Source: Wallemia ichthyophaga EXF-994 (taxonomy: Eukaryota; Fungi; Basidiomycota). Taken from it: a stretch of 124,000 bases of DNA. Both the position numbers and the translations under genes were made by a program. Location of the stretch: positions 20,001 through 144,000 of the forward strand of contig NW_008806276.1 of the NCBI RefSeq assembly GCF_000400465.1. The letters are read 5' to 3'. The notes under the pieces are model-generated. The model ran no database searches and was not told the origin of the DNA. It saw nothing but the letters and a program-made list of their open reading frames with translations. Shown here piece by piece: positions 74,560-87,247 of this stretch (the first letter of the stretch is position 1; each line of letters begins with the position of its first letter).

Positions 74560-76747
74560 CTAATCGCCCTTCTGACGCAATTTCTGGCGCAAGTCAGCAA
74601 CTTCAGTCTGAAGGCTGTTTATGAATGGATTGGGTTAGTGAGGAGGCTACCGCACAAGGTAGGGCCCACCTATTAAGCTCATCGAGCATTCCGAGCGACT
74701 TATCCATCTGCATCTGCTTGAAAGCCTGTATATCATCCTCTCTATGTGCGAGCGACAAACGGAGGCTATCAATTTCCCCTGATTTCCTCTGTGCGTCGAG
74801 CTCCTTCTCCATTTGCGTGAGTTCTTCGCGCAGAACTTGGCACTCTTTCCTACTGCAGGGTTGCGTCAACGTGAATGTAACAAAAACACATATGCTCACA
74901 TCTCCCCGTCCTTCTTCGCAGCGTGTGACAAACTGGTCTGTAAATCGACCACCTGCTTCTTGTACGCTTCGAGAGCCATCTTGAAGTCAAGTGCGAGTTT
75001 GTGTGCTTTCTCCGCATTGCTCTGGTGTGAGTGTGGTGTTAGAATGTCAAATGATCTCACATACACTGAAAACTCAACCCACCTTGTACAGATTCGCTGT
75101 CTCAGCATTCAGGAGGATTCGTTCGATGAAGTGGCGGTTATCACTGACGAGAGTCTTTACGCGGGCTGTGAACGCGCTCAGCGAGAAACGGTCAGAGTGG
75201 CGCTCCTTTGAGCGTTGAAGAACCTGCTTGAGAGTTTCTATATCAGGTTGCGAAAGTGTGGGAGAAGTGGAAACGATGAGAGGGTGCGATGGGGAGCGCT
75301 GTGTGATTGGCGACGGTATGGCATTCCACAGCCCCCGTACAACTAGACCTAACGTCTCCGTCGATAGCCTGTCTTCGGTCATTGCAGCGGGTATTGATGT
75401 TGATGTTGATGTCGATGTTGACGTTGACGCTGACGCACCTCTACTATGTCTTTCCTTGCCTTTGTCTTCCACTTTCGTTTTCTCGTTCTCCCGCCCCCTC
75501 AGCTCCTGTTCGTAGGAAGCATTGCTGTCCTTGTAGAAGGTCTGGCTCGCTTGCTGTCTCATTTCTAGCTGACGCTCGAGCATGGAAATGTGCTGCTTAA
75601 ACTCGCTCTCCATGCCTCGCGTTGCATTCCAGTGGTGATCCATATCGCTGCTCTGGCTCTTGAGGGTGTCTTCAAGCTGCTTAGTGTGTTTCTCACCGTT
75701 TGCACACTGTTCGCGCAAGCTAGCCAATTCACCGTGGCAATGAGCTTCGGCCTTTCTAACGCGCGCCAACTCCGCGTCAATAGCCGCTGTAACCGACGAG
75801 AGTGAGTGGAGTGGGTTATGGGGGTCGTGAACGTAAGTTATGCGATGCGCGTCGAGCACACCCCCTAGCGCACCTACGCCCCCTGTTAGCGTATCTCGTG
75901 TTGACACAACTGCGCTAAATTCATCCAAACTGCTTTGTAGACGGCTTTGGAGAGTGTGCGTGTGGTCCGTTTTCTCGATCACTGTGGCGTGCGATCGCTC
76001 AAGTTGCTGCCGTAGTGCCGCATTGGCATGTCTTTCCTCAGCCAGTTGAGCTTGGAGGTGGGATATTTGCGTGTGTGGATGCATGTCACTCTCACTCTCC
76101 ACATCCTCACCTTGATTCTCACCCACACTCTCAAACCGACTTGCGCGGTCATTGTTGGCGTGAAAATGGCTGCTGTGGGGGATAGGCGAGGTGTTTTGTT
76201 TCTGTAGAAGCTGCTTAGACTGGATGAAGCGTGCTAGAACGCCGGCCTGGTGGTGGAGGAGCTGACTCTGGAGGTGAAGGAGTCTAGAGCGATGTCTACT
76301 GAGTACCTTCTCCAAGTTGTCTACTTTTTGGGAGGATTGGGTGAGCTGAGCCGTGTGCTGTGCAGTGTTTAGACCCCCGCTGCCTAGGCTCGAGCTTAAC
76401 GCCTGTAACGCACTCATTACGCTACTCTCCGTCTGCAGCCGCTGTGAGTATAGTTGCGCCTTGTGCGCGACGTGTGCATGCTCCATTTTGACCCACTCCA
76501 ATTCGTCGTCGTCGAGTGCGTCGTAGTTGGAAGCATCAATCACACTCTGTGTCGCTTGCAGGATTTTATGGTAGCCAGCCAGTATATCCCGCTTCGCTGT
76601 GCTCCTGGGGCTGGAGTTGGTTTGAAGGAACGAGGGTGGTGAGCTGGGCGGTGTGGAGATAGCGGAGAATTCCCCATAGCCGATAGCGGCATCGTTGTCG
76701 TAATTGCTGCAATTGTTGCCGTTACCGGCAGAACTCGATGAGCTCAT
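74560..76747 (-). CDS. Coiled-coil protein with Uds1-like (up-regulated during septation) domain
   Basis: ELEWVKME..RLQTESSVMSA..QLTQSSQKVD..LLHHQAGVL. C-terminal FSLSAFTARVKTL..NAEKAHKLA..ALEAYKKQV. Confidence 0.65.
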
Positions 76748-76924
76748 CTCCGCACTGCGAGGTGTTGGTGGTTAAGGTTCAAGGGGCTGAAGCAGAGGTG
76801 ATGTCAGTAACGCGAACGCGGCCACTAGCAAGCACAACAAGCCTATAGACAGTCTCACAAAGCTTGTCCAGCCGCGCTACTGTAGAATATATCGAAATGA
76901 AAATTTTGTAAGAAATGTCAAAAA

Positions 76925-78271
76925 CTACAACGGCAACTCCACCATAGCCCGTCTGACGCTCTTGACGGGTGGGAATGGGTGTGGTTTGTTTGCTAAGAAA
77001 TCGCTCAGCACAACTTTCTGCTGCTGGTGTGCGATGTAGCCCTTCATGTATCCCTTGAAGATCATCCCTGCGAGCAAACACTCGACTTCTGCAGTCTCAA
77101 TGTACACGCCCGAGACACTGAGCGCGATTCTGAACAAGGCTATATCGATAATTTTAGCTTTCTTGTTGAGAAGCCACACCTTCTTGAATAGACCGCGCAG
77201 GCACACCTCGCGCACCCTCTCGACTACGCCATAGGTACCACTTTCCACTAATCTCCGCTCGCCGTGCACCAGAGCCTCATCGAACTGCTTCACGTTGCCC
77301 GTCTGCAGCGCGTTGACGAAGGGATGGTAGAGTGTGTGCAGGGCGGGGAAGGTACCGAGAAGGTGGGGGGACGGGAGGTCACCCTGCATGAGGCGTAAGG
77401 GGATGAGGTGAGTAAGGATGAGTCTGTGTGTGATGTGTGAGTGTGTATATCGCTGAAAAAACCCACACACACTCTTGATTCCTGTGGTATTTCACAGGCG
77501 TTCTCTCCAACGCATATGTCAAATCCTCGTTACCCTATAGCCACGTAAGACGGGTAAAACCACCTGAGAACTACCCACCTTATCGAATTTGTCGTCGAGG
77601 AAAGCCAAGACACCTGTGTAGTATTTGAAAGTGACTTGGTGGGCTTTAGGGTAAGTGTGGAGCGGCATGAGGTCCTTCATTGCAGCCACAGCTCTGAGGA
77701 TGTTCTTGCAGAGTGACAGAGCGTTTATTTCAAAGTAAGTTTTGAATACGAGGCCAATGACGTAGTATACACCCCACCGCTTGGATTCACGCCCAGCGGA
77801 TTTATGCTGTATGCACGCAGTGAAAGCCTTGTTGAGGAAGCGAGCACATTCGTCTAGGGCATATGGCTTCCGGTGGGTCTGTGTGCATTCCTCGTCTGCC
77901 CTCCTCGCGAGCGTGCGCAGATCCCTGCTGATGGTGTAGAGACACTTGAGGTCGAAGCTGCTACCGTGGGGCTGGAAGAAGCGGATAAACTCCTGCGCGA
78001 GTGTGTGCTGGTGCTGGAACGCGAGTGTGTGGTGTTGGTTGTAGCGTGCATGCACAGCGAAAGCGTGGTACACGCACATGGCGTCGAATGGGCTGCGCTG
78101 GGTGCGTGTGAGCGTCTCGCGCATCCTCCCGTCCAGTCGATCAACCGCGTTGGCCAGATACGCCCGATTCGGGAGATCGACGGCGGAGAAGAGATGGGCG
78201 AGTGAGTCTGCGTCGCTGCGCCGTCTGCTTTCCTTGACAGCTTCCTGGAAATTAATAATTTCTGTGCTCAT
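76925..78271 (-). CDS. CSN12: PCI-domain protein Csn12/PCID2
   Basis: ECARFLNKAFTAC..KRWGVYYVIGLVFKTYF..LCKNILRA..QVTFKYYTG, AEVECLLAGMIFKGYMKGYIAH..VVLS. Confidence 0.87.
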
Positions 78272-78325
78272 GGTCGTTCGAGAGGGAGTACACCGCAACC
78301 ACCACGAGCAGCTACAGCGAGCAGG

Positions 78326-79417
78326 ATGAACACACAGCTGCCATACGCCGTGCAGTTCCAATCGCGGGGAATATCAGTGGGTGGTTAGCGTGTAGTATCC
78401 GCAGAGCACCGCTCACCTGCGTGTTTGCAGACACCGGACTTTAAGGCGTGGGGAGGAGCCAGTGCGCGAGCGCACAAGGACCGCGTAAACAGCGTGAGCT
78501 GGAGTGTCGATGGACGACGCTTGGGCAGTGTGTCGGCCGACAAAACGCTACGAATCTGGCCCGAGAAGGCACTCGACAGTGTGCGCCCGGATGCCAAACT
78601 AGCCAGTGCGATGGTAGGGCACAGCGACAAGGTGACGCAACTCGCATGGCACCCGCTCGATTCGAACCTCCTTTCGACCGTTTCGCTCGACCGCACGCTG
78701 CGGTGCTGGGACATACGCGCGCGCGCACCCACACACACCCTCCAGCTGCCCGCACCAGCTTATAACGTCGCCTACCACCCTTCTGGGAATACAGTGGCGG
78801 CGGGCGCCGAAACGGTGGATTTCTTCGACCTCGCTAGCTCAGCTGCCCCGATGCAGACACTGGAGAGACACTCGGACAATCAACGGATCAATCACGATTT
78901 CAAGTGGTCGGCGGATGGCCAGCTCTTCGCTGTCTGTTGCGGTGATGGTACCTTTCATACACACCTCTACCCGTCTTTTGAACCTGAATACACATGCCAA
79001 GCGCACACATCGGACGCTACAACGCTCGAGTTCACCCGCGATCGTCGTCATTTGCTCACGGGCGGGGGGGATGCAGTGGTGCACGTATGGGATGTGGACG
79101 AGTGGGTTTCTAGAGGCACGATCAACAATCTAGACGGACTCGTGCGGTCGATCAGCGCGAACAGCAATTCCGAGTGCGTGGCTATAGGGACAGACGACAG
79201 GAACGTGGTTATTGCGAGTATACACACGGGCGAGGTGCTGCACTCCTTCAACACTGCCGCCAAGAGCAAGGCGGTGGCATGGCATCCGAATAAGTTCCTG
79301 CTGGCTTACGCGAGCGAGGATATCAGCAGGGAGGAACACTCCCGCGATCCTGGTCTTACCAACATATCCTCGTCTGTACGTGTGTGGGGAAAGGGCGTAG
79401 GCAGGCCGGGTGTTTGA
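78326..79417 (+). CDS. WD40 protein, THO complex subunit 3/Tex1-like
   Basis: VNSVSWSVDGRRLGSVSADKTLRIW, AHTSDA..LEF..LLTGGGDAVVHVWDVDEW, AVAWHPNKFLLAYA. The first exon is tentative. Confidence 0.8.
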
Positions 79418-79565
79418 GGTTGTGAAAATTTGCGTCTGCGCAGCTATTGTAGGATGGATAAACAATGTACTTGTATAGCTGAGGTGTATGTGTGTGCTGT
79501 GTAAACCACAAAAGGCGTGATAACAAGTTTGTATTCGCGGTATAACACCTTTCACCCGCACAACC

Positions 79566-80337
79566 ATGGACAATGCGCTGCTTTCACAAATCCAAGGCGG
79601 GAAAAAGCTGAAGAAGTCGCAGACGAATGACAGATCAGGGCCATCGGTGGGCGGGGGAGTGGTCGGTGAGGGAGGCGGCGGTGGTGGCAGTGGTGGCAGT
79701 GGCAGCGGCAGCACCAACACCACCACCAAACAAGCAAACCCCGCAGACACATCAACGGCCCCGCAACTCGGTGGGATATTCGCAGGCGTTGGAATGCCCA
79801 AGCTGCGTCCAGCGGGTGGAAAGGGCGTTGCAGGAATAAGTGAGTCTGGCGCAGTGCTTGGGTATTTCTAACGCGACTACATAGACAAAGCAAGCCTAGC
79901 TAAGCCACCGTCGATACCCAAGGCACCAGCAGCCACAACACCAGCAACACCACCAGCACCACCAAACAGAGGTATGCCACCGAGACCACCAGCAGCCCCG
80001 CCGGCTAGGGCTACACCACCACCACCACCTCCAGCACCAGCTCGAGGTATTCCCGCAGCCCCGCCAGTACCTGCGCCCATGCCAACGCCCACAACACAAA
80101 CAACCTCTCGGCCCCCTCCGCCAGTCCCACCAGTTAATCCAGCTGGTGCAGCTGGTAAGAAGCCACCTCCACCAAAACCCAAACCAAAGCCTGGTGCGGG
80201 TGCGAGTGGGAGTATGGCAGCAGCAGCAGCGGCGGTGGCTGCAGTGACACCTCAATTACCAGCAACTCAATTACCAGCAACTCAAGCACCAGCAACTCAA
80301 GCACCTTCTCAACCACCACGCGTACTACCACCAGGAC

Positions 80338-80372
<35 letters not shown>

Positions 80373-81083
80373 CCAGCACCAGCACCACGTTCAATACCCC
80401 AACCACCTCAACCACCTAATAGACCATCACCACCTCCAGCCCCACAGCGAAAAGCACCGCCAAGTCTACCATCGAGAGGTGCAAATTTGGTTTCGAAACC
80501 ACCACCACCACCGGCTAGAGGGGGAGAAAGAGGTGGACTGGGAATTGGCAGTGGGATTAGTAATAACAATAACAGACAACCACCACCGCCACCACCACCC
80601 AGACCAACAACCAGCTCATCGATTCGGTGAGTAGAGAAGGCGTATTTTAAACGGGCAAACTGATATATGTTCAGGGCACCACCACCACCACCACCGGCAA
80701 GAGGCGGATTTAATTCCAATGTGAATGTCAACAATGGGAAATCTGGAACACCTGGAACACTTGGAACACCTGGGAAACCTGGAAAATTCGGAAAATCACG
80801 AATAGTAGCAGCTGAACCAAAGGAGGGTATCGGTGCTGTTTCCATACCCAATCAAACACTTGAACCACCACCACCTCTACGATCAGCCACAATACGCAAC
80901 GTGAATAAGCCAGAAGGAACACAAGAGATTAGTGATAGCAAAACACCACCAGATAGCCTCGGTGAATACTCGTTTACAAGTTATTTGGATATACCACCAC
81001 CCCGGGAGTATTTAAAGACATCATTGACGTATCCGAGTGGCAGAAACAAGGCAACCAACTTTGATTTAAGGCAGTTGGAATGA
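79566..81083 (+). CDS. VRP1: Verprolin/WIP (WH2 domain plus proline-rich)
   Basis: ALLSQIQGGKKLKKSQTNDRS, LGGIFAGVGMPKLRP, polyproline tracts, C-terminal PPPREY..YPSG. Confidence 0.88.
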
Positions 81084-81188
81084 ACAAAAATATAAATCTA
81101 AAATACATTTTTATTTTTTATATTTCCATTGACACGTACACGTATCTCCAACGCATTCTTGAACCCACACAGTCATCGACAGCACACA

Positions 81189-82667
81189 ATGAAATTGAAA
81201 ATATCAGTCGTAGCAGGATTATTAGCGGTATTTGCAGGCGTTGCAGGTGCCACAGATGGAAACAGCAACGTACTCCAACTCACAAAAGACAACTTTGATC
81301 ATGTTGTCAAGCCTGCTGATCTCATGCTTGTCGAGTTCTATGCTCCATGGTGTGGCCATTGCAAGGCTCTTGCTCCACAATACGAGGAGGCAGCTGGTCA
81401 ACTCAAATCCAAGGATATCAGCCTCGCAAAGGTTGATTGCGTTGAGGAGGCTCAAGTCTGCTCTGAGAACGATGTAGGCGGCTATCCAACACTCAAAGTA
81501 TTCAGAAAAGGTCTTGCATCGCCTTACGGTGGAACTAGAAAGTCTGAAGGTATCGTCAGCTACATGACTAAACAATCACTTCCACCTGTTTCTCAAGTTA
81601 CCCCTTCAAACCACGACGATTTTAAACAATCCGATAAAGTCGTCATCATGGCTTACAACCTCAAACCAAACACTGACTTATACAAGACATTCCACTCCAC
81701 CGCCACTAACCTTCGCGATAACTACCTCTTTGGTGAATCTGATGACTCATCTGTTGCAAAGTCAGCTGGTGTCTCTGGTCCTTCCATCGTCATTTACAAG
81801 TCCTTCGATGAAGGTCGTAATGACGTAAACACTAAATCTTTAGATGAAAACTCCCTCACCGAAACTATTAACATCAACTCTATTCCCCTCATTGATGAAA
81901 TTGGCCCTGAAAACTTCTCCCGCTACGCTACCTCTGGTCTCCCTCTCGCTTACATCTTCGAGAACCCTGAAGACCCTAAGTTAGCTCAGCACGTTGATGA
82001 GTTAAAGCCAATTGCAGAGGAATACAAGGGCAAAATTAGCTTCGTCTGGATTGACGGTGTCAAGTTTGTTGAGCACGGAAAGGCCCTCAACCTTATCAAG
82101 GACGAATGGCCTGGCTTCGTCATCCAAGATCTCCAGGCCGGTCACAAATATCCTATGGACATCACCAAACCCGTCTCTAAGAAGAATGTCGCTCAATTCG
82201 TCAAGGACTTTTCCAACGGCAAGGTAGAACCTTCCGTTAAATCAGAAGCCATCCCAGCTGAACAAACTGACTCAGCCATCACCCTTGTCGCTGATCAATT
82301 CGATGAAATTGTCTACAACAACGAAAAAGACGTCTTTGTTGAGTTCTATGCCCCTTGGTGTGGTCACTGCAAGCGTCTCGCGCCTGAGTGGGAGGCACTT
82401 GCGCAGAGCTACGAGAATGACTCCTCTCTCACCATCGCCAAAATGGACGCCACTGCTAACGACATCCCTCCCTCAACTAAATTCTCCATCTCCTCCTTCC
82501 CTACTCTCAAACTCCAGCCTGCTGGCACTAAAGAATGGATCGATTACGAAGGTGATAGATCTCCTGAATCCCTCCGCGAATTCATCAAAGATAACAGAGG
82601 TACTAAGTCAGCAACCGATGGTGACAAAGAGGCCCCTCACAATGAACACAAGAAGGACGAGCTCTAG
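81189..82667 (+). CDS. PDI1: Protein disulfide isomerase
   Basis: Signal peptide, two FYAPWCGHCK motifs, C-terminal KDEL. Confidence 0.97.
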   Translation: MKLKISVVAGLLAVFAGVAGATDGNSNVLQLTKDNFDHVVKPADLMLVEFYAPWCGHCKALAPQYEEAAGQLKSKDISLAKVDCVEEAQVCSENDVGGYPTLKVFRKGLASPYGGTRKSEGIVSYMTKQSLPPVSQVTPSNHDDFKQSDKVVIMAYNLKPNTDLYKTFHSTATNLRDNYLFGESDDSSVAKSAGVSGPSIVIYKSFDEGRNDVNTKSLDENSLTETININSIPLIDEIGPENFSRYATSGLPLAYIFENPEDPKLAQHVDELKPIAEEYKGKISFVWIDGVKFVEHGKALNLIKDEWPGFVIQDLQAGHKYPMDITKPVSKKNVAQFVKDFSNGKVEPSVKSEAIPAEQTDSAITLVADQFDEIVYNNEKDVFVEFYAPWCGHCKRLAPEWEALAQSYENDSSLTIAKMDATANDIPPSTKFSISSFPTLKLQPAGTKEWIDYEGDRSPESLREFIKDNRGTKSATDGDKEAPHNEHKKDEL

Positions 82668-83377
82668 CCGCACCACGTTGTACTTTAGATTAACTATTCA
82701 TTATTCCCTTGATTTGATTTTATGAGCGTAAACGTGCTACATTTGGTGTGTATCTAGGTAGTAGTTAGCAAAAGTTTGTCTCTCTTTTCAAGTCACTTAT
82801 GATAGCTGAAAAGAAACAAGGTAGCGTATAATATATCATTAATAACCTAGTTAGTCTTGAACTCGTCAATCTTGCAATTGTGACATCATCTTGCGACAGA
82901 TAACCTATGTTTCACTTTTCCGTCAGTAGTGTACCTGCTTCATCATCTGCTGGTGTACTATTACCTTTAAACAAAACTTTGGGTCCTAACAAATTAAGGT
83001 CCTGGTTCACGTTGAGATAGACATTAGCGATTATCCCCCCAATTGATATACCCATAAAACGACAAAGAGAAAACGACATGAGATATCAAAGATTATTGAA
83101 GCTCATAGAGATATCTTTGCTTGGCTTCTTAAACCTCTGGGCTTAAAGTTCCATGCGTCAGTATCTCATCTCTTAGAGCTGCAGAGCGAGTCATTAAAGG
83201 GATTTTGGCTACTTGCAACATTTACATCCGACTTTGCGACTCGGAATGATTGCGTTTATGAGCCGCCTCTGCCTTTCACATCGACGCATCTCTTGAGTTC
83301 CGAGATCTGACCAGACAGCGTTGCTCAATTTCTAAGCTTTCTAGGTTTACACAAAGATGGCTGCCTGTGTTATGATT

Positions 83378-83470
83378 TTAGCTCGTACTTGGGATAGATG
83401 CACGCGTCAATGAAGATAAAAGGTTCACGGCGAAGGAAATCAGGTTCCTGGCCACCAAGCTTGAGTAGCT
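83378..83470 (-). pseudogene. Degenerate catalase fragment
   Basis: KLGGQEPDFLRREPFIFIDACIYPKYEL matches [28 protein letters not shown] at ~85530-85620. Confidence 0.7.
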
Positions 83471-84162
83471 TTCAGGAAACCTCAATTTACTGTAAGTAGC
83501 CTGCTGTCTCAGATGTGCCACTTTTTGACAACTCACAGGGAAATTATCGAGGCTACGCAATGAAGACGAGAGAAAACTCGAGCAAATGGGATCGCGAAGA
83601 ACAGCGCAACTAGGCCATCTAATTAAATTAGCAAAATGATTCTATATACATACTTGATTAGCTGAATTTCTTTCAAATGTTTTACAGTTTGTTTTTCATC
83701 TACAGTACACGATACTAATGTTTTTTTTCTTGAAGTTGCAGCTGTGTACTTTTGAAAAGGTGTTGTTTAATAAGTTTCTGACGATGCTCTTCGAAATCGT
83801 AGTCAATGCGCTTGAACCTTTTTTTTTATGCTAGTGAACACCACCATTGTCGCATCTACTAATCTCAATCCCACCCGCACTCTAACTCCAGAACAAGGAA
83901 TTGATTGACAGATATCTAAAGATTGTCTGATTATATGGCTGGCGAGGGATATAGCAGATGTACTCCACAGTCGTTGTGAGATCTTACTACTAAAATGTGT
84001 GATTTTCGGTAACAGAACTACTCGAGATCTCCCTTTGTAAACATCAATTTAATAGGCTGAAAACTCTTTAGAGCGGCCAACGCAGTCTCCGCAAAAAGCA
84101 AAAGTGAGACATATAAATTATCGTAAAAAGAATACAAATTGAAAAGCGACGATAGCGCCTAT

Positions 84163-86520
84163 CTAGTAAGCCAATGTAGAGTTGTCTCTGCGCCAGTAAC
84201 GGTGACCAGCTATAGCTTGCGCGTAAGCACCTGCGAAAGTGGCGGCGTCGTAAGCACCGTGTGTTAATTTCTCAAGCAAACCAGTGTCTTGGTTTGTGAG
84301 GTTAGGCGCGACGACAACGCCATCTTGTACTGAGAAGCTCTTGCTATCTTCGATCTTGTTCGTGATTGGGATGAGCTTGGATGCCCATTCAGCGCTGCTG
84401 CCTACAACAGCCAGCGGCTTGTAGTGTGCATAAGCTTCAATGCACCAGTGCTTTGGTCTGCCCATTTGCAAAGTCTTCTGGTATGTATCGTTGCCGTCTA
84501 AGAAAATCAAGCTGTCGAAGTATGTTGATCTGGCTAACTCAAATGTGAATTGAGTGTCGAGCTGCTCGCCGTTCTTGCCATAAGTTGGTCCCTTTCTTGT
84601 TCCGATCACTGCTACAATATTACCTAAAGAAGAAAAGGCTTTCTGAACAGCGACTGCTTGTTGATAGTCGAAGCCATCTGGTGCAATCATCGCAATCAAT
84701 CTTCCCTCAGCCTTGAATGTGTTGTTCTTGGAGAGCATACTGATTGGATTGGAGCCGTCAGTCTTTCTGCCATGGTTCTTCTTTACTGGCTGACCGACGT
84801 CAATGCCGAAGTTGCTGGCGATACTCTTGGCGAGGTCATAATCAATGTGCTTGAAACGCTCCATCATACGCTCTTGAACACCTCTGTCATCACATCTACC
84901 AATTTCGAAAGCTGCCGTGTTAACGTAGTTGTTCTTTTCGACGTCAGATAATGAATTGTAGTGGAGAGTGGCTTGATCATAATATTCGAAGAACTTAGGG
85001 CCCAGATTTCTCTCACGTACACCTCCAACCTTGTATGGTGGATGGTGGAGACCACCCTGAGCAACAGATGCCGGACCAGGGTTGTTGTTGAATCTGTTAG
85101 GATAGTAGTTTGGTCCACTAGGGATAACTTTGCTTGATGAACCGTCTCTGAGAGTGTTCATAAATGGACACGCCTGAGGAATTGGCTGATTGATCGGTAT
85201 TTGGGAAAAGTTAATGCCACCAAGTCTAGAAATCTGTGTGTCGAAGTAACTGAAGTTACGGACTTGAAGCATTGGGTCATCCGAGTAATCCTGTTAAGTG
85301 TCAACATTTTTCAGGAAATGTCTTCCAAAACCTACGATGCCTGGTACAATGTTGTTGGTACAGAAAGCCACTTGTTCGTTCTCCGCAAACTGATCTGTGA
85401 CTGTTCTGTTCAACGTCATTGTTCCTACCCATTTAATTGGCACTTCCTCTTCAGGGATTATTTTTGTGCAGTCAAGCAAGTCAAATGAGAATTTGTCTTC
85501 GTCCTCCTCAGGAACGAGCTGTACACCAAACTCGTACTTGGGGTAGATGCCCGCGTCAATGAACATATAGAGATCGCGGCGGAGGAAATCAGGGTCCTGG
85601 CCGCCGAGCTTGAGAGCCTCATCCCAGCACAATGAGTGGTGTCCAAGATGAGGCTTCCAGTGGAACTTTACGAAAGTGCGCTTGCCTTCCTTATTGACAA
85701 AGACAAAGGTGTTTACACCAAATCCTTGAATCATACGGTAAGAGCGGGGAATCGTCGCATCGGATAACGCCCAGGAAGCCATGTGCTGATATTGTGTGAG
85801 TATATCTCGATAAAATCTTCTTAACTCACAGTAGACTCTTCGCTGAGGGAAATAAAGTCCCAAAAGTTGTCATGTGCCGTCTGTGCTTGCGGAATGCCAG
85901 TACGAGGTTCAGGTTTAGCAGCGTGGATTAGGTCAGGAAACTTCATACCATCTTGTACCTGTTGGTTTGTAAGTAAACAATCTCAAAACGTGGTTTAAAC
86001 TTCCGAAAAACGGTGCAAGTGAGTTACCGACAACATCCCAATTTCCTTCTTCTGTGTAAAAGCGGCTCGCGAAACCTCTTACTTCCCTTGCTGTCTCAGC
86101 TGCACCGGAGCTTCCGAGAACGGTTGAAAAGCGCACGAACATAGGAGTTTCACTTTCTGTGTCATTAAGGACCTTAGCGTGCGTAACATCTTCCAAGCTG
86201 GTGTGCAATTTGAAGAATCCATGTGCAGCGTCACCGCGGGCATGAACGACACGCTCTGAGATGACGTCAGTCAGAAAAACCAAATGCTCGGAACGCACCT
86301 GGGATTCTCTCGTGGTCAAAGTGCGAGACCTTATCGCGCATGATAGGATCGCTGAGAAGGTAAGGGCCTCTGCGGCCGGCCTTCATGCCGACTTCAACAT
86401 TATCAGCCTTGGCGCCGAAGGTGGTGCGGTGGAAGGCATCTCCCTCCGTAGGGATGTCCCTGGTGGCGGTGGCGAGTTGCTCGGCCTTCGAGTTTGCGTT
86501 GACGGGTTTGTCGGAATCGT
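84163..86520 (-). CDS. Large-subunit catalase with C-terminal DJ-1/GATase-like domain
   Basis: [15 protein letters not shown] (distal His), [30 protein letters not shown] (proximal Tyr), HYKPL. The start exon could not be resolved. Confidence 0.92.
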
Positions 86521-86768
86521 ATACGGACCTGCAGGAAAGTTATTAGATAGGGCGATACGTTTGCACATTACCCACATTATTATTCGTAGTTGGAGAAGAA
86601 GTCATGACAAATCGGCGAAATTTATTGGTGCAAGAAATCATGACGTCAACTGGGTGCGATGAGTGATCAGCAAGTCGCTTTGAGGGGCGTGGAGGTGGAA
86701 AGCGTATACAGCATGTCTAGCGTGCTCAGTAAGTCGCAGTCTTGCACGCCACTCGCATCTGTGGCAAT

Positions 86769-87220
86769 CCGTTCGCTGGAACATTTAGCCGGTTTATCCA
86801 GATTAACCAATTTCAGGCAGAACAGAAAATCAGCCAGATTTTTATCGATATGTGCTTGTTTGCTCTACGCACTACATTAATAGGTGCAAACAGACCTAGC
86901 ATCTCCTCTCACAAAACAAATGGAGAATTTTCTCATGGTAATGAACGTCAGATTGTACTCTAAGTGATGTGAGAGGTTTGGGTGGTGAATGGATTGCGGG
87001 CTTTTTTGGCCTTAGTCACTATGCCACGCAAATCTCCAATCTGAAGCTACCCGCTCGCCCAAACGTTTAGCCAGTTTAACCAGATTACCCAGATTCAGGC
87101 AGATCAGAAAAACAGCGAGATTTATAAGCATTCTTGATTACTAAAATCGTATAGCACATTAAAATAACGCAAGTAGCCCTGATATCTCTTCACATCAAGT
87201 ACGCGCAATTTTTTCATACA
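86769..87220. repeat. Two diverged ~170-bp direct repeats upstream of the catalase
   Basis: TTTAGCCGGTTTATCCAGATTAACCAATTTCAGGCAGAACAGAAAA (~86785) versus TTTAGCCAGTTTAACCAGATTACCCAGATTCAGGCAGATCAGAAAA (~87066). Confidence 0.75.
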
Positions 87221-87247
87221 GCTGTAAATATCAAATTACACGTCTAT

